NCBI GenBank assembly: GCA_964016885.1
Contig: OZ024740.1
Coordinates: 429,536,001 to 429,600,000 of the forward strand
Source: Eledone cirrhosa
Lineage: Eukaryota
Length of the DNA stretch: 64,000 nucleotides
Reading direction: 5' to 3'
Shown: positions 1 through 12,164 of the stretch, piece by piece
Layout of the letters: the number at the start of each line of letters is the position of its first letter
Numbering within the stretch: position 1 is the stretch's first letter
The notes under the pieces: generated by a model
What the model saw: the letters and a program-made list of their open reading frames with translations, nothing else
Databases searched by the model: none
What the model was told of the DNA's origin: nothing
Translations under genes and position numbers: made by a program

Positions 1-563
1 ATAACGATTGGAACACCTTTGACCATAGATCTGATAATGGTTGGAACACCTTTGATCATAGATCTGATAATGGTTGGAACACCTTTGACCATAGATCTGA
101 TAATGACTAGAACACCTTTGACCATAGATCTGATAATGACTAGAACACCTTTGACCATAGATCTGATAATGGCTGGAACACCTTTGACCATAGATCTGAT
201 AATGGCTGCAACACCTTTGACCATAGATCTGATAATGGTTGGAACACCTTTGACCATAGATCTGATAACGGTTGGAACACCTTTGACCATAGATCTTATA
301 ATGGCTGGAACACCTTTGACCATAGATCTTATAATGGTTGGAACACCTTTGACCATAGATCTGATAATGGTTGGAACACCTTTGACCATAGATCTTATAA
401 TGGTTGGAACACCTTTGACCATAGATCTTATAATGGTTGGAACACCTTTGACCATAGATCTGATAATGGTTGGAACACCTTTGACCATAGATCTGATAAT
501 GGTTGGAACACCTTTGACCATAGATCTGATAATGGCTGGAACACCTTTGACCATAGATCTTAT
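1..563. repeat. 33-bp minisatellite (~17 copies)
   Basis: Unit gaacacctttgaccatagatctgataatggttg. Confidence 0.97.
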
Positions 564-1349
564 TAGATCTGAACTACTACTAAGCCATACAACAACAAAA
601 GAAAAGAAATCAATGGTTTATGATATCAAATGAATTACATGGTTTCTATGGCTACATGCCCTTCCTAACACCAACCACATTTACAGTGTGTACTGGGTGC
701 TTTTTGTCATGTCACCTACACAACCACTTTACAGTGTGGGCTGGGGACTTTGGTGGGGGATATGTGTGGGGATTGGAGAAGTGAGTATAAGGGAGTAATA
801 ATTCTGATCGTAGTTGTCTATTTACTCTGCTTATATGTACATATTATGAATGAAATAGTTAATTCTTATTATATATTCTGTTTTGGTCCAAACATGTAGT
901 ATTGATTTGCTGGTTCAGGGCTGTAAAGTTGAAGTCAGAAGTAATTATTAGGTTACAGGAGTTGTAGTAAAAATATATCAACCCCAACTCTGACTATATG
1001 TAAATTGTAATAAAAAGTAACAATTCCAGTTTCACATACTCTTTTACTCTTTTACCTGTTCCAGCCATCCGGCTGAGGCCATGCTGGGGCACCATATATA
1101 TATATTTCTTCTTTGCTTACTTACTTATTCCTGGGAGGGTTGTTGGGGTAGAGTCCTCACTTCTTCCTGAAGGTTCTCTCAGAAACACCTCCAAATCATC
1201 TGGTTGGATCCCCAAGTGAGACCAACTACTTTGTGGATGTTATCCAACTTGTGCTCTACATCTGAGTCCCCAGCTGGTTGGGTTTACCCGTAAAATCTGT
1301 CCAAGGATTCTTTCTTGAGTCATTCTAACCTCTGACCCTACTCACCAGC

Positions 1350-1560
1350 ATAGGCGCTGAGCTGGCCAGCCGCAGGTGTAAGCCCCGCAAGCTGGAGTGG
1401 CTTTTCCAGCGCGTCTCCCTTGCCGTCCTCTGTGGAAACGCCTTCGCCATTCTGTCCACCGGGGCTGTGGGTAGGCCACCAATATGATTGACTGACATAT
1501 CATTTTATCAGTAAGATGCTTTTAGACATCACCCAGTTAATTATGATTCATATTGAGTTG
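1350..1560 (+). mobile_element. 3' end of CRE-like (RLE) non-LTR retrotransposon
   Basis: Translates ...LEWLFQRVSLAVLCGNAFAILSTG, resembling the QRxSxAxxRGNA C-terminal motif; same 3'UTR (ggccaccaatatgattgactgac) as the copy near 16550. Confidence 0.6.
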
Positions 1561-1825
1561 TGTGTTTGTTGACACCTGACCATAGCCGTTGTTAGCTTAA
1601 ATGAACCTTTAAAATCAGGAGTGGCACCCCCAGTTTGAACTTGTCTATAGCATTCTTTCTGCCTTTATTACTCTAAATATAGTTTTTAAAGAATTCCCTT
1701 TACTGTGCCAGATGGCCTGGATCTCTGGAAATGCACCAATGGCAATCTGGAGTGATAATCTCAGTTTTAGCAACAAAAAATAGAGATGAGAGATTACTCT
1801 AATTATAGAGAAATCTCCTTGTTAA

Positions 1826-2024
1826 CCCTTTAGCATTTAAACTGGCCATATCCGGCCAGAATTCTCTCACCTCTTTCTGTTCAAACTGGGTGTAACTGAC
1901 CACTCATACTAATGTTAAGGTATTCTCAAAATAAATAATATCAAAATCTCATATATCGATATTATATGAGATAAAGCCTTTAATGCGAAAATATAATAGC
2001 ATATATAATGTAAATGCTAAAGGG
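1826..2024 (+). mobile_element. piggyBac-type MITE
   Basis: TTAA|CCCTTTAGCATTTA...TAAATGCTAAAGGG|TTAA terminal inverted repeats and TTAA target duplication. Confidence 0.88.
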
Positions 2025-2367
2025 TTAACCCCCCCCCCCCCCCCCGGTAAAGTAGATACTAAATGTCTTGCAAAAGAGATGTAGTGATATTGTTGAGTCC
2101 AAACTAGCTGACTAACAGTGTAGTTTTCATCTTGGATACAGCACACCCTACCAAATATTTGCTCTGCAACAGGTCTTCCAGAAAATGTGAGAGTATTACC
2201 AAGAGGTGTATGCTTGTTTCATGGATCTAGAAAAGAGAAATATACATTTGTTTAATATATTTCATCTTATCATCTTTTAATATCCATTTTTCCATGCTTG
2301 TGTGAAAAAACATGGAAAAATGTCGATGTCATGCTCATACAGATCTGTATTTTGGCTTGGTTTCTCC

Positions 2368-2612
2368 AGCTGGATGCCCTTCCACCTTACAGGGTGGACT
2401 AGGTGCTTGTTGTCGTGTCACCAACACCGCCACCATACAGGGTGGACTAGGTGCTTGCTGTCGTGTCACCAACACCGCCACCATACAGGGTGGACTAGGT
2501 GCTTGCTGTCGTGTCACCAACACCGCCACCATACAGGGTCGACTAGGTGCTTTCTGTCATGTCGCCAACACAACCACCTTGCAGGGTGAACTAGGTGCTT
2601 GCTGTCGTGCAG
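2368..2612. repeat. 54-bp tandem repeat derived from a dispersed 'gctggatgcccttcc' element
   Basis: ~4 copies of acagggtggactaggtgcttgctgtcgtgtcaccaacaccgccaccat following the motif. Confidence 0.85.
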
Positions 2613-3179
2613 TTAAGCAAGTTCTACATCAGATAGGTACATGGGATATTTAACAGGTGAGAGTGGGGTGTTAAGATGGAGTGGTAGAGAGAGGATTGAT
2701 GTAGACTAGTGTGTCTTCTACATGTTCTGTACATGGAAGGTCAGTTCTTCTGCAGTACACCATGATGCCAGAGATCCCGATCTTGTGTCACCTCCTTTGT
2801 CAGGTTGAATTATCTCCAGATAATACGTAAAAGTCACGCCGTGAAATGTTTCATTAACCCATTCATTGTTATATGTCTAATGAAATACACTCTATTTCAA
2901 TTAATTAATGAAGAATGTTGAATGGTTTATTAAGATTATTAATTATTTCATGACTAAGATCATAACATATGATTCTTGTATAAGATTATGTTTGAAGAAT
3001 ATAATTTAAATAGGAACCCTTTAAAAGAGTGGGGGGGGGGGGGTCATAGAAGCAGGCAGGGTTGGTATCAAATGAGTTAATAAATTTAGAAAAGGTACAA
3101 CAGCTTAGCTAAAGCCTTTAAACCAAAACTGGTTAGGTGCTAAAAAGTAACCTGATGATTCATGTTAGCCATGTATGTT

Positions 3180-3665
3180 GTGTGGTTTTAATCAAAACAA
3201 GGAGAAAGGCAGAGCTTAGAGGAACTGAGGGAGAAACTGGGTTTAACCCTTTACCAGTTATATTACTCTATATTTACTATTATTTTTCACGGTAAAAGCT
3301 TTACCTTACATACTGATCTCTCATAATATTGATGTTATTTATTTTGAGTACAATACCTTAACATCAGTATGAGCAGCCAGATACAGAAAGAGGTGAGAGA
3401 ATTCTGGCCAGATATGGCCGGTTTAAATGCTAAAGGGTTAAGAGGAATCCAAAGTGGTGTGCAAAAGAGAAGACCTGCATTGGTACAGACATGTGATGCA
3501 CATGGGTGGATTAGAAATCCCAGTAGAAGGAAGCCACAGTAAAGGTAGACCAAGAAAGACCTGGGCAGAGGTGAGGAGAGCTGATCTTAAATCGCTGAGA
3601 CTCACAGAGGAGGTGATGAAGGAACGTGACAAGTGGTAAAATGAACGTAAAGCTGATGATGATGA
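3180..3665 (+). mobile_element. RTE-clade LINE 3' fragment interrupted by a piggyBac MITE
   Basis: ELREKLGL/RGIQ...HWYRHVM...GRPRKTW motifs, (gat)n tail. Confidence 0.7.
3247..3437 (-). mobile_element. piggyBac-type MITE, second copy
   Basis: Reverse-complement similarity to 1826-2024; TTAA at 3243-3246 and 3438-3441. Confidence 0.85.
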
Positions 3666-3821
3666 TAAATGTATATGATTTGTTTAATTAGAAAAAAAGC
3701 AATCAGAACAGAACTGGTGTTACTATAAACTGTTGAGTTGGAATAAAACAGTTTCTGTAGTGACTCTACAGCCCTTGTTTTAGCATACAAAGGATCTCTT
3801 ATTATTTTCACAATAGACAGC

Positions 3822-4040
3822 AGTGGATTGGCAGTATCAGTAGAGCATCAGACACCATGCTTTGTGGCATAGAGTTATGATCCTTTACATTTTGATTTTA
3901 AATCCTGCCAAGGTTAGCTTTGCCTTTCATCCTTACGGGGTCTATAAAATAAAGTACCTGTAATACTCTGGGGGTCGATTTAATCGACTTTCTACTCCCC
4001 AAAAATTGTTGGCCTTGTTCCTAAATCAGGAACCGTTATT
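3822..4040 (+). mobile_element. tRNA-derived SINE family A (other copies ~4711-4898+, 16886-17060-, 17385-17557+, 18670-18955-, 19789-19897+, 27365-27560-, 27585-27800-, 33945-34060+, 36596-36787+, 49284-49466-)
   Basis: Shared head ggtggattggcagtatcggtagag, B-box-like gagttcaaatcc, core gcctttcatccttacggggtcgataaaataaagtacc, tail agaaacaattatt. Confidence 0.88.
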
Positions 4041-4264
4041 TCCACAATATTCATCTTCATATATCTGGTAACTAGAGCCTGTTCTTGTGATATTACAATT
4101 ATCTTCAGACCCTTACTTCCTATTTTACTGTTGCAATGTTCTGAGAAACTTGTCATGTACAGGATTATATGACAGCAATGTTTTAATGGGAGATGCTTAA
4201 ATTTTTTTACTGTTTTAATTCATTGAATTGCAACCATGTTGGGGTCCAACCTTCTTCTTTACCC

Positions 4265-4590
4265 ACTTATTCTTGGGAGGGTCATGTGGACAGAGTCCTC
4301 AAACACTCCTCCCGGCAGGTCCTGTCAGAAGCAACTGTCTCCAACTGATACAGCAGGATCCCCAAGCAAGACCAGCCAAGCTATGGATGTTATCCAACTA
4401 TCTTGCTCGGGATCTACCTTTGGGTCTCTTGCCGGTTTGTTTTCCCCATAAAATCTGTCCAGTGATTCTTTCTTGAGATATTCTAACCACATATCCAGAC
4501 TATCAGGGTTGTGATCTCTCAATTTGGAGAAGTAGCAGCTCTACCTGGAGCAACTCTCTCATCTCTGAGCTACAAACTCTATCGAGTAAC
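4265..4590 (-). mobile_element. RTE-like LINE 3' fragment (related copies 1140-1345-, 25880-26140+, 26150-26460-)
   Basis: Recurrent sequence; copies translate to VEPLL...KPTGRKPRGRP...W motifs. Confidence 0.65.
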
Positions 4591-5671
4591 GTTAATTCAG
4601 AAATATTGAATTGATTTTTTTCCCTCCTTGCATTAATATATTGTCTAGAACAACCTACTTCCCATATGTCAAATTTATTAACTGTCCTCATTACAACAGA
4701 TTAGTCATTCAGTGGATTGCAGTATCGGTAGAGGGTCAGACACCATGCTTTGCAGCAAAGAGTTATGGCCCTTTATGGTCTGAGTTCAAATCCCTCCGAG
4801 GTTAACTTTGCCTTTCATCCTTATGGGGTCGATAAAATAAAGTACCAGTAATACACTGGGATAATTGCTGGCCTTGTGCCAAACGTAGAAACAATTATTG
4901 AAGGTACTGGTCCATTAGTATGTATTAGTTAAACACTCATATCAGTGAAATCATCCAGCATCCTGGGTCCAACTCATAGCAGTGAAATCATCTAGCATCC
5001 TGGGTCCATGCACCACCTCCCTACACACTTTGATCAGGATGAAGATGGCCATTTGCAAGAACAAACCCTGCCAGTTGGACTGATTCTTTCAGCACATTTC
5101 CCTCTTTTTATGTACTTTTGTTTTATGATCCACTTACATTGTTGTATTTACAGAGTTGTCAAATTTAGCCAACAGACTCAGATTACTTATTTTGTTTGGC
5201 AAAAAACAAATAATAACCCTACTGTAATCTCCCTTTCATTGATTTATGTTGAATGGCTGTTCTTATCCCTGTGTAAATATTTTTCAACATTATATATTTC
5301 TGTTTTTCATCCAATCCAAGCAATTCTCTTGTAATTTTCCTATCTTTTCTAAACAGAAATGTTTACACATCACTTTTCACCAATCTTCATGTTAATATCT
5401 TGTCTAAATTAAGTTAAACATTGCTACTACAAGTTCATATTCACAACTAACAACCAGATTTTAAGTTTGTCAGTTAAACTTTTTAATACCAAATTGTTTG
5501 ATGTCACCTCTCGTTATATGATACAAAACTGTTTATTTTAGTGTTTACATTTATTTAAAAAGAAATTTCTGTCATAATTCTGTGTGAAGATCTGCTCTAA
5601 ACACCATCTTAATGAGAGAGAGTTATGTTACTAAATCCTTCCAAATTCTTTATATGTTAACTTCAATTAAC

Positions 5672-5878
5672 TAGTTGATGCTGAAGTGTATGGCCAAACC
5701 ATCTCAGTTGATGCCAAAGTGTATGGCCAAACCATCTCAGTTGATACCAAAGTGTGTCGCCAAACCATCTCAGTTGATGCTGAAGTGTGTGGCCAAACCA
5801 TCTCAGTTGATGCTGAAGTGTGTGGCCAAACTATCTCAGTTGATGCCAAAATGTGTGGCCAAATCCTCAGTTGATGTT
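5672..5878. repeat. 33-bp minisatellite (~6 copies)
   Basis: Unit ttgatgctgaagtgtgtggccaaaccatctcag. Confidence 0.95.
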
Positions 5879-5959
5879 TGCAAAGAACATTCCCAATTGG
5901 TTTGATGTTGCAACACAAGCGGACATTTGATAGGAAGTAACTCAACATCAACCCCAAAA

Positions 5960-6760
5960 TAGACTACAAACAGGAGAGATGGAAGTTGGTGCTGAGAGAG
6001 ATGTGAGCTTCAGTGGAGAAAGAGTAAACAACCAGATGAGTGATATTATAAAAGCAAGGTACTTGGATGAAATGGGAACGGGCAGAGAACTAGTAGGAGA
6101 TCTAAAAGTTGAGCCTATAAAAGGTTAAGTTCTTGATTCAGTGGGTCTATGGTGTCCAGCTTAACCAATCAAATCTGTTTCTATGGAGCAAAATACAAGA
6201 CCCAAGAGCTATTTAGCTGGTTTGCTTGCCTCAGCATGGGACTAGATGGTAACAGCTGACCATGAAAGGGCGGATGAAAACCCCATCATATATCAGTCAA
6301 TACATGTTGAGACCAGACATTATCTTGGTTTCTGAAGTGTCAATAGTTCATTCTAGTGTTAACCATTACCTGGGAGGAGAAGATGGAGAAAGCGCAAGAG
6401 AAGATGAAGGAGGAAAAGTACCAGGAGTTTGTAGAAGACAGCCACAGGAACAGTTGAAGGGCCAAGTGCATGGTAGCAGAGGTTCACAGCTCTTTTCCTT
6501 TGCAAAGTCAGCAGATCTCTGGACATTATAGGAGCAAGCAGGAGGAAAGCCATCAAAAAGAATATGGAAGAAACAGAGAGGGGGGGGGGTATCTAGATGG
6601 CTATACCTGAAGAGAAGTGACCAAATTAGGTCAATAGTATGTCATTTGAACACAGACTGAGGCTTGATCAACCTTGGTTAGGTCACCTGGATGAGGGTGA
6701 CTATGTTGTAAGACTTGAATCACCCACTGACTCAAAGATACAACACTGATGATGTGTCCA
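5960..6760 (+). mobile_element. Degenerate HERO-like RLE non-LTR retrotransposon 3' part
   Basis: Frame-broken LRPDIILVSE...LTITWEEKMEKAQEKMKEEKYQEFVED (PD-(D/E)xK nuclease-like); upstream QGTWMKWE. Confidence 0.6.
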
Positions 6761-6889
6761 TGGTCTTCTATCTATGGATGTGTGAAGAGCATAATATTAC
6801 AGTGCAGTGGGGTAGACTAAAATCAATACTTCAAGTGTTCAGATTTGACTGGGACATTACACTGTACCTTTTGTATACCTCCAATCTAT

Positions 6890-7086
6890 AAGAAACCCCA
6901 GTAGAAGGAAGAGACAGTAGAGGAAGACCACGTAAAACATGGGTGGAGGTGGTGAGAGTAGACCTCAGATCGCTGAAACTCACCAAGGAGATGACGAAGG
7001 ACCGTGACAAGTGGAGAGATGCTGTGCTGAATAGGACCCGTCCCACCCTTGCAAGCAGGGAAAAGCAGATGTAAAATAATGATGAT
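6890..7086 (+). mobile_element. RTE LINE 3' terminus
   Basis: RGRPRKTWVEVV...KDRDKWRDAVL, similar to 3520-3660; aat/gat tail. Confidence 0.7.
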
Positions 7087-7222
7087 GGAACTCTATTGAA
7101 TACTTCCCAATAGTTTCCCCTCATGGGTGATCAGTTAGTCAGTTCATGTTTACATATTGGGTAACACTTCTGCCCCAGAATTCTTAATTGGTTGCATGTT
7201 CTGTTTTCCCAGTGTCTGGTCA

Positions 7223-7425
7223 CAAGGTCAAGTGAAACATTGACCTCCATCTCACTGGTCTCAGAGTGACTGTCCAAGGTCAAGTGAAACATTGACCTCC
7301 ATCTCACTGGTCTCAGAGTGACTGTCCAAGGTCAAGTGAAACATTGACCTCCATCTCACTGGTCTCAGAGTGACTGACCATGGTCAAGTGAAACATTAAT
7401 GACCTCCATCTCACTGGTCTCGGTG
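7223..7425. repeat. 52-bp tandem repeat (~4 copies)
   Basis: Unit caaggtcaagtgaaacattgacctccatctcactggtctcagagtgactgtc. Confidence 0.93.
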
Positions 7426-7459
7426 ACTAGTTGTTTCAAAGATATGACAACCTCCTTAG

Positions 7460-9333
7460 GACAGTACTTCCAATTATCTACTGGTTTGATCTATGACCCA
7501 CAGTAGTTCCAATTATCTACTGGTTTGATCTATGACCCACAGTAGTTCCAATTATCTACTGGTTTGATCTATGACCCACAGTAGTTCCAATTATCTACTG
7601 GTTTGATCTATGACCCACAGTAGTTCCAATTATCTACTGGTTTGATCTATGACCCACAGTAGTTCCAATTATCTACTGGTTTGATCTATGACCCACAGTA
7701 GTTCCAATTATCTACTGGTTTGATCTATGACCCACAGTAGTTCCAATTATCTACTGGTTTGATCTATGACCCACAGTACTTCCAATTATCTACTGGTTTG
7801 ATCTATGACCCACAGTAGTTCCAATTATCTACTGGTTTGATCTATGACCCACAGTAGTTCCAATTATCTACTGGTTTGATCTATGACCCACAGTAGTTCC
7901 AATTATCTACTGGTTTGATCTATGACCCACAGTAGTTCCAATTATCTACTGGTTTGATCTATGACCCACAGTAGTTCCAATTATCTACTGGTTTGATCTA
8001 TGACCCACAGTAGTTCCAATTATCTACTGGTTTGATCTATGACCCACAGTAGTTCCAATTATCTACTGGTTTGATCTATGACCCACAGTAGTTCCAATTA
8101 TCTACTGGTTTGATCTATGACCCACAGTAGTTCCAATTATCTACCGGTCTGATCTATGACCCACAGTAGTTCCAATTATCTACCGGTTTGATCTATGACC
8201 CACAGTAGTTCCAATTATCTACCGGTTTGATCTATGACTCACAGTAGTTCCAATTATCTACCGGTTTGATCTATGACCCACAGTAGTTCCAATTATCTAC
8301 CGGTTTGATCTATGACCCACAGTAGTTCCAATTATCTACCAGTTTGATCTATGACCCACAGTAGTTCCAATTATCTACCGGTTTGATCTATGACCCACAG
8401 TAGTTCCAATTATCTACCGGTTTGATCTATGACCCACAGTAGTTCCAATTATCTACCGGTTTGATCTATGACCCACAGTAGTTCCAATTATCTACTGGTT
8501 TGATCTATGACCCACAGTAGTTCCAATTATCTACCGGTTTGATCTATGACCCACAGTAGTTCCAATTATCTACCGGTTTGATCTATGACCCACAGTAGTT
8601 CCAATTATCTACCGGTTTGATCTATGACCCACAGTAGTTCCAATTATCTACCGGTTTGATCTATGACCCACAGTAGTTCCAATTATCTACCGGTTTGATC
8701 TATGACCCACAGTAGTTCCAATTATCTACCGGTTTGATCTATGACCCACAGTAGTTCCAATTATCTACTGGTTTGATCTATGACCCACAGTAGTTCCAAT
8801 TATCTACTGGTTTGATCTATGACCCACAGTAGTTCCAATTATCTACTGGTTTGATCTATGACTCACAGTAGTTCCAATTATCTACTGGTTTGATCTATGA
8901 CCCACAGTAGTTCCAATTATCTACTGGTTTGATCTATGACCCACAGTACTTCCAATTATCTACTGGTTTGATCTATGACCCATAGTAGTTCCAATTATCT
9001 ACTGGTTTGATCTATGACCCACAGTAGTTCCAATTATCTACTGGTTTGATCTATGACCCACAGTAGTTCCAATTATCTACTGGTTTGATCCATGACCCAC
9101 AGTAGTTCCAATTATCTACTGGTTTGATCTATGACCCACAGTAGTTCCAATTATCTACTGGTTTGATCTATGACCCACAGTAGTTCCAATTATCTACTGG
9201 TTTGATCTATGACCCACAGTAGTTCCAATTATCTACTGGTTTGATCTATGACCCACAGTAGTTCCAATTATCTACTGGTTTAATCTATGACCCACAGTAG
9301 TTCCAACTATCTACTGGTCTGATCTATGACCCA
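7460..9333. repeat. 39-bp minisatellite (~48 copies)
   Basis: Unit cacagtagttccaattatctactggtttgatctatgacc; internal block of accggt variants at ~8144-8733. Confidence 0.98.
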
Positions 9334-9714
9334 CCCAATCCATGCCAAAGTGGAAAAACAAACATTAAATAATGTTATATCTGCTTAGATTCTTTATTGA
9401 ATCTAATTCCATATTGACCAATTATTAGTGGTGTTTGGTCATTAACTCAAATTTTAGAGTCATTTAAATATTGTCCCTTTCCTTGAAAATAGGACCCCTA
9501 TTGTCCCTTTCCTTGAAGATATGATACCTATTGTCTCTTTCTGGTTACAGTTATAGTTTAGCTTGTCCTTACCTTTAATGTAAACCTTTGCATCAATTTC
9601 AACAGTTCACTGTTAAGGACAAAAACGTTAGTAAAACTAAATAGTAAATTGATATTGGAACCCATTCCTCAGATTCTACTCTCTGAAAGATTCTAAGAAG
9701 TCTGTCTCAAGCCT

Positions 9715-9940
9715 GAGGCTCACCAGGCTGGTGCTTATTCCAGTTTCTGTGGCATGAAGTGACTGAGAGTGACTTCCCCCTGGAGAGGACACCAGTCCAT
9801 CACAGAGTTAAAACTCCTAGATGCTGTAGGTAATAATTTTCAGCTGAGTAGACTGGAACAACATGAAATAAAGTGTTTTACTCAAGATCACAACACACAA
9901 CCCTGTCCAGGAATTGAACCCACAAAATTATGATCATAAC
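9715..9940 (-). mobile_element. tRNA-derived SINE family B (related copies ~18500-18645-, 23965-24290+, 25365-25615+, 35385-35560-)
   Basis: gtgggttcaattcctgg B-box; tgtgttcttgagcaaaacact CORE-like segment shared between copies. Confidence 0.72.
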
Positions 9941-10134
9941 TGAAAGCTTACTTTGATAATTTAATTTAAATTTTTTTTTTATCCTAACATAAAATTGTAT
10001 AACTAACTTCTCTCATTTTTTTATCTTTCTTTTTCAGATATGAAGTGTTAGCAATGACTGGTATATTAGCCATCTTTTTAAACTGAGACATTTTTTATAT
10101 TCTACATTCAAATCGCCATTTCTCCATCAACAGA

Positions 10135-10662
10135 ATGTCAGAAAGCGAAAAAGCCAGCTACGTTTGTACACAGCCAACTCATGTCACACCGCTGCAAATA
10201 CCAAAACTGAAAATTGAGCGGCGTAAAGCAGCGTCAGATGATAAGGGAGACAACCAAACTTATAAGTGTGATATATGTGGCAAGTCATATGTTGAGTTAT
10301 CGTTCTTGAAGGCTCATCAAGTTGTTAGTCATGGTCCTAACGCAGCTAAACCAAACAAGAACAGCATTCCATCGTTGAAGACATACAAGTGTGACGTGTG
10401 CGGTAAACATTTCAGTAGAAATTACCACCTAGATCGCCATCGTATGATACATACAGGTGAGAAGCCATTCAAGTGTAAAGTATGTAACAAAAGCTTTAGC
10501 CGTAACTATCATCTACATAGACATACTTTCATACACACTGGTGAGAAGCCGTTTAGTTGTGATGTGTGTGCTAAATCATTTTCAAGGAGTGACAAACTCA
10601 AGAAACATGCTGGGACTCATTTGGCACCTTTCCACAACAAGATAAAGAAAACTTCTAGATGA
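10135..10662 (+). CDS. C2H2 zinc-finger protein (4 fingers), 175 aa; coding region in one exon
   Basis: One CxxC-x12-H-x4-H finger then three CxxC-x12-H-x3-H fingers joined by TGEKPF linkers; polypyrimidine tract + CAG acceptor at 10035-10037 upstream; AATAAA at 10664-10669. Confidence 0.92.
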   Translation: MSESEKASYVCTQPTHVTPLQIPKLKIERRKAASDDKGDNQTYKCDICGKSYVELSFLKAHQVVSHGPNAAKPNKNSIPSLKTYKCDVCGKHFSRNYHLDRHRMIHTGEKPFKCKVCNKSFSRNYHLHRHTFIHTGEKPFSCDVCAKSFSRSDKLKKHAGTHLAPFHNKIKKTSR

Positions 10663-10747
10663 AAATAAAATGCAATATATATATAGTGCACTATGTAAGA
10701 GAATCTAAATGTCATATTTGTATATTTGTAAGTGCATGTTAGTGTGT

Positions 10748-10793
<46 letters not shown>

Positions 10794-10811
10794 AAGGAAG
10801 TGTATATATAA

Positions 10812-10969
10812 AACGAAGGAACCAGGTGGACCATAATGCACCAGAGTACTCAATACATGGGTAGTAGAGTGGGTAATAGGAAAATGTTCAAGACCCCGAC
10901 GGCAGAGCTCAAGCCGTTTCGACTGCTATTTCTTGAGCTCTGCCGTCGGGGTCTTGAACATTTTCCTAT
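10812..10969 (-). mobile_element. Penelope-like pseudo-LTR fragment forming a hairpin (38-bp perfect arms)
   Basis: Arms 10876-10913/10932-10969; homologous to 15520-15570 and 37360-37480; flanked by (TA)n. Confidence 0.8.
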
Positions 10970-10980
10970 ATATATATATA

Positions 10981-11200
10981 AAATAATATGTGTAAGTCAA
11001 ACATGTTAAAGTTGGTGACTTAAGTCGCAATGGAAAAACTGTCAACCTTGGCGAATAAACAAAACCAACTTTAACAGGTTGGACTTACACATATTTTATT
11101 TTACATTACTCCGGAGTAAACAAACCAGCCTGCGTACTTCGTTGAGTGCTCCAACCTGCATGCTGAGATGTCGGTAAACAACCAACACATACTCAATATT
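10981..11200 (+). mobile_element. PLE-like fold-back unit with unique tail
   Basis: ~35-bp imperfect inverted arms 10981-11016/11064-11100; tail 11099-11200 closely matches 46154-46255. Confidence 0.7.
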
Positions 11201-11233
11201 TATATACATAGTTATGTAATAAAAAACATACAA

Positions 11234-11393
11234 TAATTATTTCATTTACCCAAGGTTTCACGAAGACAGACGAGCCTGGCACAGACGTCTGCCTTCAATC
11301 GTCAGAAACTGACATCAGATTCTGACGATTGAAGGCAGACGTCTGTGCCAGGCTCGTCTGTCTTCGTGAAACCTTGGGTAAATGAAATAATTA
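11234..11393. mobile_element. Perfect palindrome (74-bp arms) with hammerhead core
   Basis: Arms 11234-11307/11320-11393; CUGACGA 11322-11328, stem II gaaggcagacg/cgtctgtcttc, GAAAC 11368-11372, GUA site. Confidence 0.8.
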
Positions 11394-11760
11394 CCTTATG
11401 TTGTTTATTACATAACTAAAAAGCTCTGTAGCCTACATAGAGCACTATTTTTTCCTTTACCTTTCCTACGGAAATACGTCGTATATATACACACACACAC
11501 ACATACACATTCACCCCATATATAGATAGACATGGCTATCATGGCAAGCTCAACATCATACATCTTTGAAAAGAAAAATAATTGAAAGAGCAATATTTAA
11601 CAAAATAAATCCAACTGCTTTTTCACTCATTCTCGTATTAGGGGCCATAGAGATAGCAATCTCTCAAATTGGACAACCAGGGTTTTTTGTATTAAAAATA
11701 ACTAAACAAACTTAATGTCCACGATTTTTGTATTTTAAATCAATTGGTTCTTATTGCTAA

Positions 11761-12010
11761 TTCATCACCATCACCATCACCATCATCATCACCATCATCA
11801 TCACCATCATCACCACCATCATCACCATCATCTTCATCATCTTCATCATCTTCATCACCATCATCTTCGTCATTACCATCATTACCATCATCATCATTAC
11901 CATCATCATCTTCATCATCTTCATCTTCATCATCTTCACCACCATCATCATCTTCACCATCATCATCTTCATCATCATCATCTTCACCATCATCACCACC
12001 ATCATCATCA
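11761..12010. repeat. (CAT/CAC)n trinucleotide microsatellite
   Basis: Direct inspection. Confidence 0.97.
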
Positions 12011-12164
12011 CTTAATGTCCATTTTTTTCCATGCTAGCATGGGTTAGATGAGTTGTCCCATTGTGAGACAAGTCAGATCAGATGACTGTTTTGCTCATAC
12101 GGGAACTGATTTTGGCTTGGTTTCTAAAGCTGGATGCTCTTCCTAACGCCAACCTCATTTACAG

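Noticed and set aside
19-633. 204-aa repetitive ORF
   Set aside because: Stop-free reading of a 33-bp minisatellite; same for ORFs at 12222, 30741, 35635
7460-9333. CRISPR-like array of 39-bp repeats
   Set aside because: Head-to-tail units with no unique spacers, no cas genes, eukaryotic context
11744-12047. Poly-His/Ser/Met ORFs
   Set aside because: (CAT)n microsatellite with no splice or domain support
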